A DNA stretch of 64,000 bases from Waddliaceae bacterium (GCA_963724325.1 CAVRUH010000007.1:320001-384000); one strand, 5' to 3'; numbered from the stretch's first letter, positions 1 to 11,034 are shown. Notes: a model not told the origin generated them from the letters alone. Translations and numbers: made by a program.

Positions 1-1094
1 CCATAATGCAATTGAGCCATATGGAACGCTGGGGTTTGATATGCTCCTAGATCTTGAAGCACTTGAAAACTTTTAAGTGACCCACAATGCATTAGAATTT
101 CATTAAAGCATTCCTTTGCAGTTTCCAGGTCGCCATGTTTAGCCAATAATTCGACTACAAATTCTCCTTCATCAATAAGCCTTTTCAGGCAAATAAATTC
201 TTTAAGCGGCGTATTCCCTTTAACATTCAATGTTGTTACTAATGCACCAGAATTGATCAAAAAAGATAAAATATCTGGTAATTCATCAAGGGATTGGTAA
301 GTGACAACCTGATGCAGCAACATGGTGATTTCCGCCGGTTTGGCTCCAGCATCAATAATTCTTTGCAAAATTGTTATTTGACACTGCACTTTACATGCCC
401 CTTCTAAAAGTGCGTTCAGATCGTTTTTTGATAATGGTTTATTTTTTAATGTTAACAATTTGTCGATTGCGGAAAGTTTGTTGATTTTTACAAATTCGAT
501 TAAAAGGCAAAGTACTAAATCTCTGGTGTCTTCATGACTTTGATCAATGAGTTCATTCAGGCCGCGATCGACAAAATCCGCATAGAATTTAGCGGTTTTT
601 TTATGAAATACTAGGAGAGCACTGCTTAGGCTCTTCTCGGCAATCATTTCGAAAAAGATTTGTTTATCTGAATCAGGAACTGCCTTCCAGATCCACGTAA
701 GGTCATCTGGAAATGAGGATAAATCAGTGTTAAGGAGTCTCGCGCAAAGAGCGGGTGCTGGAATCATAGACTTATTTTCTGTATAGAAGTCTAACACTAC
801 TTCTTTATTATTAGAATGGCACAGAAATCTAAAGGTGATGTAGGTAATTTTCGCTAAGTGGTGATTTTCTACCCTCTTAAGCCATTTCACAACACCATGA
901 TGAGGAAAGCCTTTTTCCTCAAAAATCTTCGCATCAAGTTCAATTTGTTTGGTCCAGTATGAGGTTGTAAGATCGTTCACTGCAATATTTAGACGCTTAC
1001 AGGTTCTTGCGACATGGATAAGATTATCCACAGGGACATGCTGTAATATACACGGATATAAATTATAAAATACAGGTTCTTGGAGACTATTCAT
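1..1094 (-). CDS. F-box-like/ankyrin-repeat protein, paralog of 1380-4409 (partial, runs off left edge)
   Basis: ATG at 1094 gives MNSLQEPVFYNLYPCILQHVPVDNLIHVARTCKRLN; nucleotides 3-1060 align closely and in frame with 3321-4375; absent from ORF track because no stop lies in the window. Confidence 0.85.
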   Translation of the reverse strand, partial: MNSLQEPVFYNLYPCILQHVPVDNLIHVARTCKRLNIAVNDLTTSYWTKQIELDAKIFEEKGFPHHGVVKWLKRVENHHLAKITYITFRFLCHSNNKEVVLDFYTENKSMIPAPALCARLLNTDLSSFPDDLTWIWKAVPDSDKQIFFEMIAEKSLSSALLVFHKKTAKFYADFVDRGLNELIDQSHEDTRDLVLCLLIEFVKINKLSAIDKLLTLKNKPLSKNDLNALLEGACKVQCQITILQRIIDAGAKPAEITMLLHQVVTYQSLDELPDILSFLINSGALVTTLNVKGNTPLKEFICLKRLIDEGEFVVELLAKHGDLETAKECFNEILMHCGSLKSFQVLQDLGAYQTPAFHMAQLHY

Positions 1095-1180
1095 GGAGAC
1101 AATGCTAACATATTTCAAAAATATTAAGCTCCAAATTTTTTAGCCAGGCTTCAGGTATATACGATTATCAGGATGGGTTA

Positions 1181-1372
1181 GTTTGACGCTTACGTATTTC
1201 CGGTTTGGAGTGACCCAATTTATTGGGTCTTTTTCCGAGCCGAATTTATTCGGCTCGGTGGAGGGCGACACCCTGCCATGCACAGGGCCGAATAAATTCA
1301 GCCCTGAAAAAGACCTAATGAGTTAGATCACTCCAAATTAGACTGAGCGTTGAGTTAGGCAACGGCTCCGGT
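1181..1372. repeat. Single copy of nested-palindrome REP/REPIN-like element (family A) with a central deletion
   Basis: Near-identical to the 218-bp unit at 11157 (tttggagtgacccaatttattgggtc...gatcactccaaa) but lacking about 28 bp of the central hairpins. Confidence 0.9.
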
Positions 1373-1379
1373 CGTGCGC

Positions 1380-4300
1380 TTATAATGTTGCCATGCAGGA
1401 TTTTTCTTTTATTAATATGTTGTATTTGCTCATGGCGGCGATAAGGTCTAAATGTTGAGCATCCTTAGCAATATCTAGTGCTGTTTTGCCTATCTTATTT
1501 TTGATGTTGAAGTTTGCTTCGGCTTTGAGGAGTCGAAATGCCGCAGGCATATTTTGGTCCCTGACAGCCTTATGGAGGGGAGTATCACCGTTAAGATCTT
1601 TAACATCGATAGGATGTCCGCAGTTAATCAGCTCATCAGCAAGCGCTAATGAAATTAGTTCTGCTCTTACTTTTATGTCCTTATCAAAAAACCCTTGCAA
1701 TCCATCAATTGATACTACCTTATGCAATGGTGATACGTCTGCATCAAGAAAAATCCCTTTTTGAACGTTGTTTTCATAGGCAAAACGGATCATATCTTTA
1801 TATATTAAAAGAAGCTTAGTCGGGTCGTTCTGTTTTTTGAGTGAGTGAGCTATTTTCGATTTTGATATTTTCATACTATGAAGAGGTGTCTGAACATATC
1901 TATTTCTTATTCCAAAATTGAGTTGCAAAGGTTTAAGAATTTTTTTCATCTTTTCCCAACTTTTCATCGTTTGACATGTGGTGAAAAATACGTCGTATAT
2001 TAAGGAGAGTATATTTTTTTGCGTATCCTTCTTGATTTTAAAGAGCTCTCTTTTGAAAAGAATGTCAACAATGTTCGGTAGATTTTCAACCTTAAGATCA
2101 AATAAATAAGATTCTTTGTAGTAGAATGATTCAAACAAACTTATCAATCCTTCCCTTTGGAAGGTTTTTATCTCGTTCTTTGGTTTTTTTTCAATCCAGC
2201 TATTCACAAGAAGAAAAAGTTGGTGATAGTGCACCTGAAATTTTTTATCTGCTGTCATGCGTGAACATATAACTTGATAAAAATTTTTTGGACGTATGTC
2301 AGATACGTCATTCTTGTGGGTCAAGCATTCGGGATGTTTTTCATAAAGTTTTTGGAGAATTTTCTGAGCATTTTTTTCACTGGAGAGCTTAAATAATGCA
2401 CGGGAAAAATACCATGCTTCATTCGGCAATATTTTTATAATTTCTTCGAGGATATCCATATGTCCTTTACTGTAGGTTTTGATGGCCCGATCAACTACAT
2501 GACATCCATGTTCGGATAAATATTTTATTTTTACATCTTTGCTCATTGAATTAAAGATTTCTTTAAAGAGTTGGAAGTCCTCTGCCGTAATTAATTTATA
2601 TAGAGACAAGCAAACTGCAAGTGAAGAGTTTCCTAATTCTTTAACGATAAGCTTGATCATTTTTTGTCTCAATGGGGCGTATTCTAATTGTAACGCAGCT
2701 CGAAAAGGATTAAATCCATTCCAATTAAATTTGAGGCACTTTTGTCCCTTTTTTTTTAAAAGAAATTCGACAATATCAAGATGTCTGTTTTTAATTGCTG
2801 CTACAATTGGTAATGCAACTGTACCTTTTATTTTTTGGCGGTGCTCAACGGGCAAATCTCCGGTCCAATTCTTGATTTCATTGATTTTGCCAAAATAACA
2901 GTACAAAAAGAAACGTAAATTAACATCAGAAATGCTGGAAAGGGTTTCGCCGGCATTGAGGAGGATTTCAATAACGTCATCGCAGGTGTCCGGGTCATAG
3001 TTCGAAACAACAAGATTAATGGGGCGTGTATTATCATATTCTTCAGTTGCTTTCAGGCCTTTATTTAATAAAAATTTTACAGATTTCCCTCTATTTGGAA
3101 GCTGTCGTTTGCAAATGACATGTAGTAAAGAACGATCTTTAGTAAAATCGGCTTTGAATTTATCGAAAAGGGACAGCCAAGAAAAGATTTCTTCAGCATG
3201 AAAATATGTCCTTTCAATGTGCCACGATAAGACTGATTTCCCATTTTCAGTAAGAGTGTTGGGATCCTCGCCCGCAACTAACAAAGCTCGAAATAAAGCT
3301 AGATCCCATTTACAACTCTCATAATGCAATTGAGCCACATGGAACGCTGGGGTTTGATATGCTCCTAGATCTTGAAGCACTTGAAAAATTTTAAGTGACC
3401 CACAATTTATTAGAATTTCATTAAAGCATTCCTTTGCAGTTTCCAGGTCGCCATGTTTAGCCAATAATTCGACTACAAATTCTCCTCCATCACGAAGCCT
3501 TTTCAGGCAAATGAATTCTTTAAGCGGTGTATTCCCTTTTATATTCCATGTGGTTACTAATGCACCATAATTGATTAAAAAAGATAAAATATCTGGTAAT
3601 TCATCGACGGAGCGGTAAGTGACAACCTGATGCAGCAACATGGTGATTTCCGCCGGTTTGGCTCCAGCATCAATAATTCTTTGCAAAATTGTTATTTTAC
3701 ACTTCACTTTACATGCCCCTTCTAAAAGTGCATTCAGATCGTTTTTTGATAATGGTTTATTTTTTAATGTTAACAATTTGTCGATTGCGGAAAGTTCGTT
3801 GATTTCTACAAATTCGATTAAAAGGCGAAATACTAAATCTCTGGTGTCTTCAGGATATTGATCAATGAGTTCATTCAGGCCGCGATCGACAAAATCCGCA
3901 TAGCATTTAGCGGTTTTTTTATGAAATGCGAGGAGGGCGCTGCTTAGGCTCTTCTCGGCAATCATTTCAAAAAGGATTTGTTTATCTGAATCAGGAACTA
4001 CCTCCCATGCCCACATAAGGTAATCTGGAAACGAGGATAAATCAGTGTTAAGGAGTCTCGTGCAAAGAATGGGTGCAGGAATCATAGACTTCAGGTCTTT
4101 ACAGAAGTCTAATACTACATCTTTTTTATTTAAACTGCACAGAAATCTAAAGGTGATGTAGGTAATTTTCGCTAAGTGGCGATCTTGTACCATATTGAGC
4201 CATTTCACAACACCATGAGGAGGAAAGCCTTTTTCATCAAAAATCTTCGCATCAAGTTCAATTTGTTTGGTCCAGTATGAGGTTGTAAGCGTGTTTATTG

Positions 4301-4409
4301 CAATATTTAGACGCTTACAGGTTCTTGCGACATTGATAAGATCATTCGCGGGGACATGTTGTAATATACACGGAATATTGTTAAATATAGAATTTTCGAG
4401 ATTATTCAT
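1380..4409 (-). CDS. N-terminal F-box-like domain plus ankyrin repeats, probable secreted effector (1009 aa)
   Basis: N-terminal IPCILQHVPANDLINVARTCKRLN is F-box-like; ANK motifs GNTPL, GDTPLHKAV, GKTALDIA. Confidence 0.8.
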   Translation of the reverse strand: MNNLENSIFNNIPCILQHVPANDLINVARTCKRLNIAINTLTTSYWTKQIELDAKIFDEKGFPPHGVVKWLNMVQDRHLAKITYITFRFLCSLNKKDVVLDFCKDLKSMIPAPILCTRLLNTDLSSFPDYLMWAWEVVPDSDKQILFEMIAEKSLSSALLAFHKKTAKCYADFVDRGLNELIDQYPEDTRDLVFRLLIEFVEINELSAIDKLLTLKNKPLSKNDLNALLEGACKVKCKITILQRIIDAGAKPAEITMLLHQVVTYRSVDELPDILSFLINYGALVTTWNIKGNTPLKEFICLKRLRDGGEFVVELLAKHGDLETAKECFNEILINCGSLKIFQVLQDLGAYQTPAFHVAQLHYESCKWDLALFRALLVAGEDPNTLTENGKSVLSWHIERTYFHAEEIFSWLSLFDKFKADFTKDRSLLHVICKRQLPNRGKSVKFLLNKGLKATEEYDNTRPINLVVSNYDPDTCDDVIEILLNAGETLSSISDVNLRFFLYCYFGKINEIKNWTGDLPVEHRQKIKGTVALPIVAAIKNRHLDIVEFLLKKKGQKCLKFNWNGFNPFRAALQLEYAPLRQKMIKLIVKELGNSSLAVCLSLYKLITAEDFQLFKEIFNSMSKDVKIKYLSEHGCHVVDRAIKTYSKGHMDILEEIIKILPNEAWYFSRALFKLSSEKNAQKILQKLYEKHPECLTHKNDVSDIRPKNFYQVICSRMTADKKFQVHYHQLFLLVNSWIEKKPKNEIKTFQREGLISLFESFYYKESYLFDLKVENLPNIVDILFKRELFKIKKDTQKNILSLIYDVFFTTCQTMKSWEKMKKILKPLQLNFGIRNRYVQTPLHSMKISKSKIAHSLKKQNDPTKLLLIYKDMIRFAYENNVQKGIFLDADVSPLHKVVSIDGLQGFFDKDIKVRAELISLALADELINCGHPIDVKDLNGDTPLHKAVRDQNMPAAFRLLKAEANFNIKNKIGKTALDIAKDAQHLDLIAAMSKYNILIKEKSCMATL

Positions 4410-4417
4410 AGTTCTCC

Positions 4418-6157
4418 TTATCTCTTTATGTTGCTCTCAGGAAGCATATCTTGTAATTTTTTGAATGTTAAATCGTCTAGCATATCATAAATTTGGTAAT
4501 TTTTATCTACCAATTCTTTTATGAGCTCAATATCTTCCTCTTGAATGGCAAGATGCAGCAATGTAAAACCATTTTCATCCTGGGAGCGGATATCGGCTCC
4601 ACTATCAAGAAGGAATTGCGCCATTTTATGCATGCTAGGTAAGTTTAATACTATAGGAGGCCAATAACAATACAGGAGAGGGGGAGTTTTGCACCATTCT
4701 ACACCATGTATATTCGCCCCTTTGGCCAGCAAGTGCTTGACTACATCTAATCTCCCTGCTCGTATGGCACTGCAAAGGGCTGTAGATCCATCGATTCCAG
4801 GTTGATCCATTAGAGCTCCATTAGCCAGGAGCAGATCGATCTGGTCGATAGTTCCTTTGTAAATACAAGCATAATGTAGAGCTGTATATCCACACGGACA
4901 GTACTCACAAAGGTTAAATATTTTGTTTTCCAAATCAAGTTTAAATTCGATTTCGTGGAAATTATTAACGAAAAATTTAAATTGCAGATGCACAATCTTA
5001 GATTTTGCTTGATATAGTTGCTCACCATTTGAACGAAGTTGCAATTCATTCATATTCAACTTGCGTAAGAAAATCTGATTCAATCTTTCCGCGACCGTGC
5101 CCTTGTGGAAAAAAGCTTGGAATTCGACAGGTCTTGAATGAAAGCCCCATCGGAAAATGGTACTAGTGAGAACAATATCATTAATGCGTTCTTTGAGGCC
5201 TCGTGATACACGTCGCATATGCGCAATTGTTTTGATGCCGATTTTATCTTTACTAAGTTCCATGAGGATAAAATCGAGAAAAGGGCTTTTTGGCTTCTGG
5301 TGGGAAGTCATAATAGCGTCACGTTTTTCCAATTTTTTAGAGTAATACCACATCAATCTCATCGTTTCCACATCATCGTTTCTTGTGGAAATAGCCTTAT
5401 AGTTTTCAGTGTGGATGGGGATATGATGAGTTGGAGGAGGAATGCAAGGGTTAGCACCATTGTCGATCATCAATTCAACCCATTCATTGGATTTATTCAA
5501 TCTACAAAATTGAAGGTATTTATTGAGCTGTGGTAGTATAATAGATAATTTTCCATCAAGAAAAGAGAAAATAATCTTGGTTGTTGTAATGTCATCTTCA
5601 TCGATGCAAATCTGAATAAGTTTAAATAATATTTTTGTATCGTATTTTATTAGACAATGTTCAAGCATCCCCCTATAAACGAAATCGATGTAAATTTTAT
5701 TATTTTCGCGATAGGAATTTGATAAATACAAACAATCCCAAGCCTTAAACACGGCGAATTCGTAAAAGAGCTGTTCATCGGCCTTGGGAATTGCTTTCCA
5801 GACATTAAAAAGATTCCTATTAAAATATTCTAGGCTATAAGAATTTTCTAGCCAGGTACATAATACCGGTCCAGGAATAAGTTTGAGGAATTTAGCGTAA
5901 AAATTCGGTCCTTTATCAAAAGCATTTATTTCTGTTAAAAATCGAAATGCGATATCGCAGGTGATGAAAAGTCTATGTTGATGATCTTCTACTTTGCGAA
6001 TCCAATGAATCGCCGCTTCGCAGTTTAACTGGTGCCGATTTTTGAATACCGGTTTTTTCCAATATTCAGGCCCTGAAGCTGCGGCACATGGGGCCAAACC
6101 CAGCTCTCCATCGCAACACGTTTCGAATTTTATTGGCACTTTGTTAAATGAGATCAT
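4418..6157 (-). CDS. Ankyrin-repeat protein with internal F-box-like segment (579 aa)
   Basis: GYTALHYAC, GSTALCSA, GFTLLHLA ANK motifs; shares N-terminal and C-terminal blocks with 6709-11034. Confidence 0.8.
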   Translation of the reverse strand: MISFNKVPIKFETCCDGELGLAPCAAASGPEYWKKPVFKNRHQLNCEAAIHWIRKVEDHQHRLFITCDIAFRFLTEINAFDKGPNFYAKFLKLIPGPVLCTWLENSYSLEYFNRNLFNVWKAIPKADEQLFYEFAVFKAWDCLYLSNSYRENNKIYIDFVYRGMLEHCLIKYDTKILFKLIQICIDEDDITTTKIIFSFLDGKLSIILPQLNKYLQFCRLNKSNEWVELMIDNGANPCIPPPTHHIPIHTENYKAISTRNDDVETMRLMWYYSKKLEKRDAIMTSHQKPKSPFLDFILMELSKDKIGIKTIAHMRRVSRGLKERINDIVLTSTIFRWGFHSRPVEFQAFFHKGTVAERLNQIFLRKLNMNELQLRSNGEQLYQAKSKIVHLQFKFFVNNFHEIEFKLDLENKIFNLCEYCPCGYTALHYACIYKGTIDQIDLLLANGALMDQPGIDGSTALCSAIRAGRLDVVKHLLAKGANIHGVEWCKTPPLLYCYWPPIVLNLPSMHKMAQFLLDSGADIRSQDENGFTLLHLAIQEEDIELIKELVDKNYQIYDMLDDLTFKKLQDMLPESNIKR

Positions 6158-6263
6158 AGAATTCCTGATGTAGGTAAACTCTTAAACAGGATTGTGTCAT
6201 ACGATCCTTAGTGTTTTTTATAAGATATTATGTTGGATGTTTATAATATTTTCCAGAGAAACT

Positions 6264-6710
6264 TTGATGAGTCGTCCTTTCAGGACTCCGAGATATTATC
6301 GCATTCAACCCAGGCCTCGCTTCGCTCTGCCTGGGCTATCAAGGGTCCGGCCTTCAGCCGTCGTGCGAATGCCTCATTAAAATAAAGTAGGCATATGCAG
6401 ACGGCTGAAGGCCGGACCCTTGATAGCCCAGGCAGAGCGAAGCGAGGCCTGGGTTGAATGCGATAATATCTCGGAGTCCTGTAAGGACGACGCATCAATC
6501 CAGTCTGGGCTATTAAGGAGGCCAGCCTTCAGCCGTCGTGCGAATGCCTCATTAAAATAAAGTAGGCATATGCAGACGGCTGAAGGCCGGACCCTTGATA
6601 GCCCAGGCAGAGCGAAGCGAGGCCTGGGTGGAATGCGATAATATCTCGGAGTCCTGTAAGGACGACGCATCAATCCAGTCTGGGCTATTAAGGAGGCCAG
6701 CCTTCAGCCT
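6264..6710. repeat. Long palindromic repeat (family B): ~99-bp inverted arms 6264-6498 plus a 175-bp tandem re-duplication
   Basis: 6264-6362 is the near-perfect reverse complement of 6400-6498; 6351-6533 recurs 175 bp downstream; internal hairpin cccaggc...gcctggg. Confidence 0.9.
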
Positions 6711-9700
6711 AATTTTTTTGAATGCGGCATTTTGGGAATAATGCTTGCAATGTTATTAAGGCGGTATCGTCAGGTAGTGTTCCAGCAACATTGAGATCTA
6801 TAAGAGGAACGCAGAATAAAAGGGTTTTTATGGCCTCTATAGTCAGTTGTGGATTTTCAGAGAGATCAAGTTTACGCAAGGTTTTGATCTTCATAAGCGC
6901 CAATATCCCCAAATTACTCATCCGTTTATTGCTAATTAATTTTAAAGTCAGTAATTTTGGCAATTGAGCTATTTGGCAAAGAGCCTTATCATTAATGTCG
7001 GTACCAATAATAGACAGAGCAACAAGTGAACGCATTTTAGAGAGTCCAAGCCAGCCATCACTATCCCCATCTCTTAAGCCATTCAACCGAAGTTTTGATA
7101 GGCTTATTAAATTAGTTATATTGAAAATTAATTTTGAATTATCTTTAGCACGATAAATTTCTAGGTAATTAAGCTTGCGTATATTGATCAAGAAATCCCC
7201 AGATAACTTTTCTGAAGGGTGATGTAAATAAAGTGTTTCGAGTTCTACAAATCGCGCTAAATGCTGAAGCCCTAGATCAGTTAGATTCTCACAGTTAGAA
7301 AGCGTTAGTTTTTTGATCCTAGAAAAAGATAAAAATTTAGGAATGTCACCATTGCCAAAGGCGTCAAAAATAGTAAGTGAGCTAAATGCAGGTTCTAAAG
7401 ATTTAACAATTTTGAAAGTTTTCAAATCGGTATCTGCTGTATTAAGTCGCAATGGAATTTGTAATCCAATTAATTTGTTATTGTGCGAAAGATAGTCGAT
7501 GACTAATTCAATAAAAGGAATCTCAACTAAATAAAATGCATGCGGAGTGCAACAAAAATTGCAAATTTTTTCTATTACAGAATGCCAGTTATTGGTTTGA
7601 AACGACTGGGCCACATAATGTCGGAAAGATATATTAAAACCTGATTGAATCTCATTCGGTCGCTTGAATTGAATCTCATTCGATTGCTTGACCTGACATC
7701 CAAATTTTAACAAATATTGAATGATCTCTATTGTAGATGCATGTGACAAGGCCGTTAAACCAAGTGTATCCTGAGTATTAATTGCAAATTTCCGGTTTTC
7801 AACGAGTTCCTTGATTAATTCAAAATGTCCCCACTTAGCGGCAATATGTAACAGTGTATTGCCCTTCTTATCTCTCGAATGGACATTTGCCCCCGCATCA
7901 AGAAGCAACCGAACCATCGGGAGAATCATTTCGCGTTTTTCTTCAATTAGTTCGCTGCACCACGTGATAGGTGAATTCTCTTTGCTCCATCCTGTCCCAT
8001 TTACATTCGCACCTTTCTCCAGTAAGAATTTAACAACATCTAATCTTCCCATTTGAACTGCACAGGATAGGGCGGTTGTTCCCGCTTTTGAAGGCTGATC
8101 TAGCATGGCACCGTTTGCTAGAAGAAAATCAATATGGTCGATAGTTGCTTCAGATGAACACGCATAATGCAGGGCGGTATATCCATCGTTACAGTACTCA
8201 CGCAAATTAAATAGAGGCTTTTCAAAATGAAGTGCTTGACTGATCTCATTCATAGAATTATGTTTATATGCATTTGCTAGTAAACTTATTAAAGTTTTTG
8301 AAGCTATTATTTCATGACTCATAGAGTTTCGTCTATTCTCGTGTCGACGGTATAGATGATTAAGTCTTTCATTTGCTCCTTTAGTCACGTGAAAAGCCAC
8401 GAATTGAAGAGGGCTCTTATCAAAGCTCATTCGGAACATAACCCCCTTGAGGATAATATTATCGATGCGTTCCTTTACAGAAAATGAGGTTCGTCGCATA
8501 CAGCCGATTGCTTTGATTCCATCAGGTTCTTCACCGAGTTTTGCGATGACAATTTCGAGAATTGGGCTTTTTAGCTGAAAATGGGCCCTTGTTATTACAT
8601 GGGATTTTTTTCTGAGTTGATCATACTTCAATAAAATTGCCAGAATATCGAGTGCTTTCATTCCCAAAGCAAGGCTGAGGGGTGTTTTGCCATTTTCATT
8701 TAGAACCTTACAATCGGCGTTAGCCTCTATAAGGCAAGCAACAGATTTTTTGTTTCCCTTTTCCACCGCAATGTGAAGGGGCGTGTTGCCTTGCTCATTA
8801 GGGATATTAATAGGATGGCCCAGTTTGAGCAATTCTTGGATATAGGGAATAGGTTCTTGCAACGCAGTAGTTTCATGAAGTGGGGTTTGCGATTGAGGGA
8901 AGATTGCGTGATTACCGCCCTGATTCCAAGCAAAATGGATCATATCCTTTATAGGCTCGAAGTTCTTTGCCTGGTGCCTGCAAATCAAATTTAATGGTGT
9001 GACACCGTCAAAATTTTTTTCGCTAAAATCTGGCTGACAGACTATAAGTCTAGACTTAATCTCTTCCCAATCGGACAGGCTCAATGTGTTATGGGAAAAC
9101 ATTTCATAGATCCGGTGTAGAGGTGTTTGTCCTTTTCTATTCAGAATTTCCCATTGCCTTTTGGTGAACAGAATATCAAATATTTCACTTCGCTCTAAAC
9201 GAGGTATATTAAATAGACAATTGTTTTTTGGAGAAAAGAGGCGAATAAAGCCTCTCCTTAATATTTTCTCCTTGTCTTCAGTTGAATATGAACGTATCCA
9301 TTCAAAAAAAAGAAAAATTAATTTTAAGTAGTGCTCTTGCTTTTTTGGGTTAGTAGCTAAGTTTGTGCATATATTTTCAAAAAAGTTGCCATTGCCATCT
9401 TGTATATGCCATATCCAGTCGGGATAGCTTCGATAGATTTTTAAAAGTGCAGTTACTGCATGTTTTCCTTTGGATATTTCTACAAAAGGGGAGTATCTAT
9501 GCCATGGGATGCTTGGAACGTCTTTCACTATCGCATCGAACATATCGACATGGCCATTGCGAGCCGCTGCGATAGCGATATAAGCCATTTTAAAATAATT
9601 TTCACATAAATCAGGATAGCTTTTTACAAGGAATCTATAGACATCGAGATGTCCTCTCTCGATTGCTGCATAAAAGGGGGTCTCTCCAAATTGTAATCTA

Positions 9701-11034
9701 CCTGGGTGAGCAGAGAAATTCAGTGGAAATGTGCCCAACCATTTTTTTAGAATATGAAGCTGTCCAAAGCGGCATGCTAAATAGAAACGGAGTTTAGAGT
9801 CCGTAATTTTTTTTAAGGAATCTCCTGCTGCAAGAAGAGCTTCAATGACATCGTCTGCAACAATACTTGTGTTCAGATAGGCTTCAGCTGCATTATTAAT
9901 CGCAAGAATTGAATTCCGATTTTGGAGCAACTCCTTGAAGCCATTGTCCAAGAGGAATTGTACAACCTTGCCCCTTCCTGGAACAGCTAATTTGCAAATA
10001 AGATCGAGTAGCGTCGGATCTTTTAATAAGTCTAAGCCGTACTCTTTGAAGAGACTCAAAGTGGACTCTATTTGCTTGCCATTTTTACATCCTTGTTTCA
10101 ATGCTAAAAGAGCAAGAGATCTGAGATTTTTTGGATTTTCGTGAACGATCAAGGTTCTAAAAACAAAGGCATCATCTTCAAACATGTTGCAGCAATTAAT
10201 AAATTTGGCCAATGGGGTGAATGTATTTGTATCAAGAGCTGTAACTTGTGCGCTCTGTTGTATGAGGAAAGGTAACATTTCGCGAGTTGCAGCTTGCGGG
10301 GCGCTATTAATGAATACATGCAGGATTGTAGGGAATTTGCCTAGATTTGCCCCCATATCAATAAACAGTTGTGCAAGGGCTATATCACGCATAATCACAC
10401 TGGATTTCAAATAATCATCGATTACAGACTTTTCAAGATTTAATCCATCCTTAGATATTAATAATATTTTTTTTACAGCTAGTAAGTCTTTTTCAGATAT
10501 TGCTATCCTGATAAGTTTATCAATTAGTATTTTTGCTTGAGGTTTCTCTGGAATCCGTTCACACATTCCTCTATGAACGAAATCTAGAATAACTTGATCG
10601 TTATTCTGATGTATAAACTTATAGCATACATGGTCCAGAACTCGTTCGACAGTGAATTCGTAAAAGAGTTGTTTATCTTCTTCAGGGATTGCTGACCATA
10701 TTTTAAAGAGGCGATCATCGTATTCTCTCGTTGAAAGCAGGTAGTTGCAAAGTATAGGAGCGGGGAATAAGTCCAGGGATTGAGTAAATTGTAGCAGACT
10801 GAATTCATTTATGTTGGCGCATTTGAGGAGGTCATAGGCCAGTTCGCAGATCACGAGAAGATGATGATCACTGGCTTTTTTTATCCATTCAATGGTAATT
10901 TCGCGGCCTTTTATTGTCAGCCAGCAATGGTCTGGCCCTTTTGCCAGGGGGCACGGAGCAAAATTTAATCCAGAGCAACACAGTTCAAGTGTTGCCTCAT
11001 CCCTGGCTATTGGTTTTACATCATTCGATAACAT
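6709..11034 (-). CDS. Large ankyrin + internal F-box-like + C-terminal leucine-rich-repeat protein (1441 aa), probable effector
   Basis: Many ANK motifs (GETPFYAA, GNTPLHIA, GYTALHYAC, GNTLLHIAA); C-terminal LxxLxL repeats (LTLSNCENLTDLGL, LDLSENPQLT). Confidence 0.85.
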   Translation of the reverse strand: MLSNDVKPIARDEATLELCCSGLNFAPCPLAKGPDHCWLTIKGREITIEWIKKASDHHLLVICELAYDLLKCANINEFSLLQFTQSLDLFPAPILCNYLLSTREYDDRLFKIWSAIPEEDKQLFYEFTVERVLDHVCYKFIHQNNDQVILDFVHRGMCERIPEKPQAKILIDKLIRIAISEKDLLAVKKILLISKDGLNLEKSVIDDYLKSSVIMRDIALAQLFIDMGANLGKFPTILHVFINSAPQAATREMLPFLIQQSAQVTALDTNTFTPLAKFINCCNMFEDDAFVFRTLIVHENPKNLRSLALLALKQGCKNGKQIESTLSLFKEYGLDLLKDPTLLDLICKLAVPGRGKVVQFLLDNGFKELLQNRNSILAINNAAEAYLNTSIVADDVIEALLAAGDSLKKITDSKLRFYLACRFGQLHILKKWLGTFPLNFSAHPGRLQFGETPFYAAIERGHLDVYRFLVKSYPDLCENYFKMAYIAIAAARNGHVDMFDAIVKDVPSIPWHRYSPFVEISKGKHAVTALLKIYRSYPDWIWHIQDGNGNFFENICTNLATNPKKQEHYLKLIFLFFEWIRSYSTEDKEKILRRGFIRLFSPKNNCLFNIPRLERSEIFDILFTKRQWEILNRKGQTPLHRIYEMFSHNTLSLSDWEEIKSRLIVCQPDFSEKNFDGVTPLNLICRHQAKNFEPIKDMIHFAWNQGGNHAIFPQSQTPLHETTALQEPIPYIQELLKLGHPINIPNEQGNTPLHIAVEKGNKKSVACLIEANADCKVLNENGKTPLSLALGMKALDILAILLKYDQLRKKSHVITRAHFQLKSPILEIVIAKLGEEPDGIKAIGCMRRTSFSVKERIDNIILKGVMFRMSFDKSPLQFVAFHVTKGANERLNHLYRRHENRRNSMSHEIIASKTLISLLANAYKHNSMNEISQALHFEKPLFNLREYCNDGYTALHYACSSEATIDHIDFLLANGAMLDQPSKAGTTALSCAVQMGRLDVVKFLLEKGANVNGTGWSKENSPITWCSELIEEKREMILPMVRLLLDAGANVHSRDKKGNTLLHIAAKWGHFELIKELVENRKFAINTQDTLGLTALSHASTIEIIQYLLKFGCQVKQSNEIQFKRPNEIQSGFNISFRHYVAQSFQTNNWHSVIEKICNFCCTPHAFYLVEIPFIELVIDYLSHNNKLIGLQIPLRLNTADTDLKTFKIVKSLEPAFSSLTIFDAFGNGDIPKFLSFSRIKKLTLSNCENLTDLGLQHLARFVELETLYLHHPSEKLSGDFLINIRKLNYLEIYRAKDNSKLIFNITNLISLSKLRLNGLRDGDSDGWLGLSKMRSLVALSIIGTDINDKALCQIAQLPKLLTLKLISNKRMSNLGILALMKIKTLRKLDLSENPQLTIEAIKTLLFCVPLIDLNVAGTLPDDTALITLQALFPKCRIQKN

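Noticed and set aside
6192..6673. Three short ORFs with near-identical peptides on both strands
   Set aside because: Artefact of the long palindrome
7645..7683. Short direct repeat (NEIQ..NEIQ) in the 1441-aa gene
   Set aside because: Single 24-bp in-frame slippage duplication; no wider pattern
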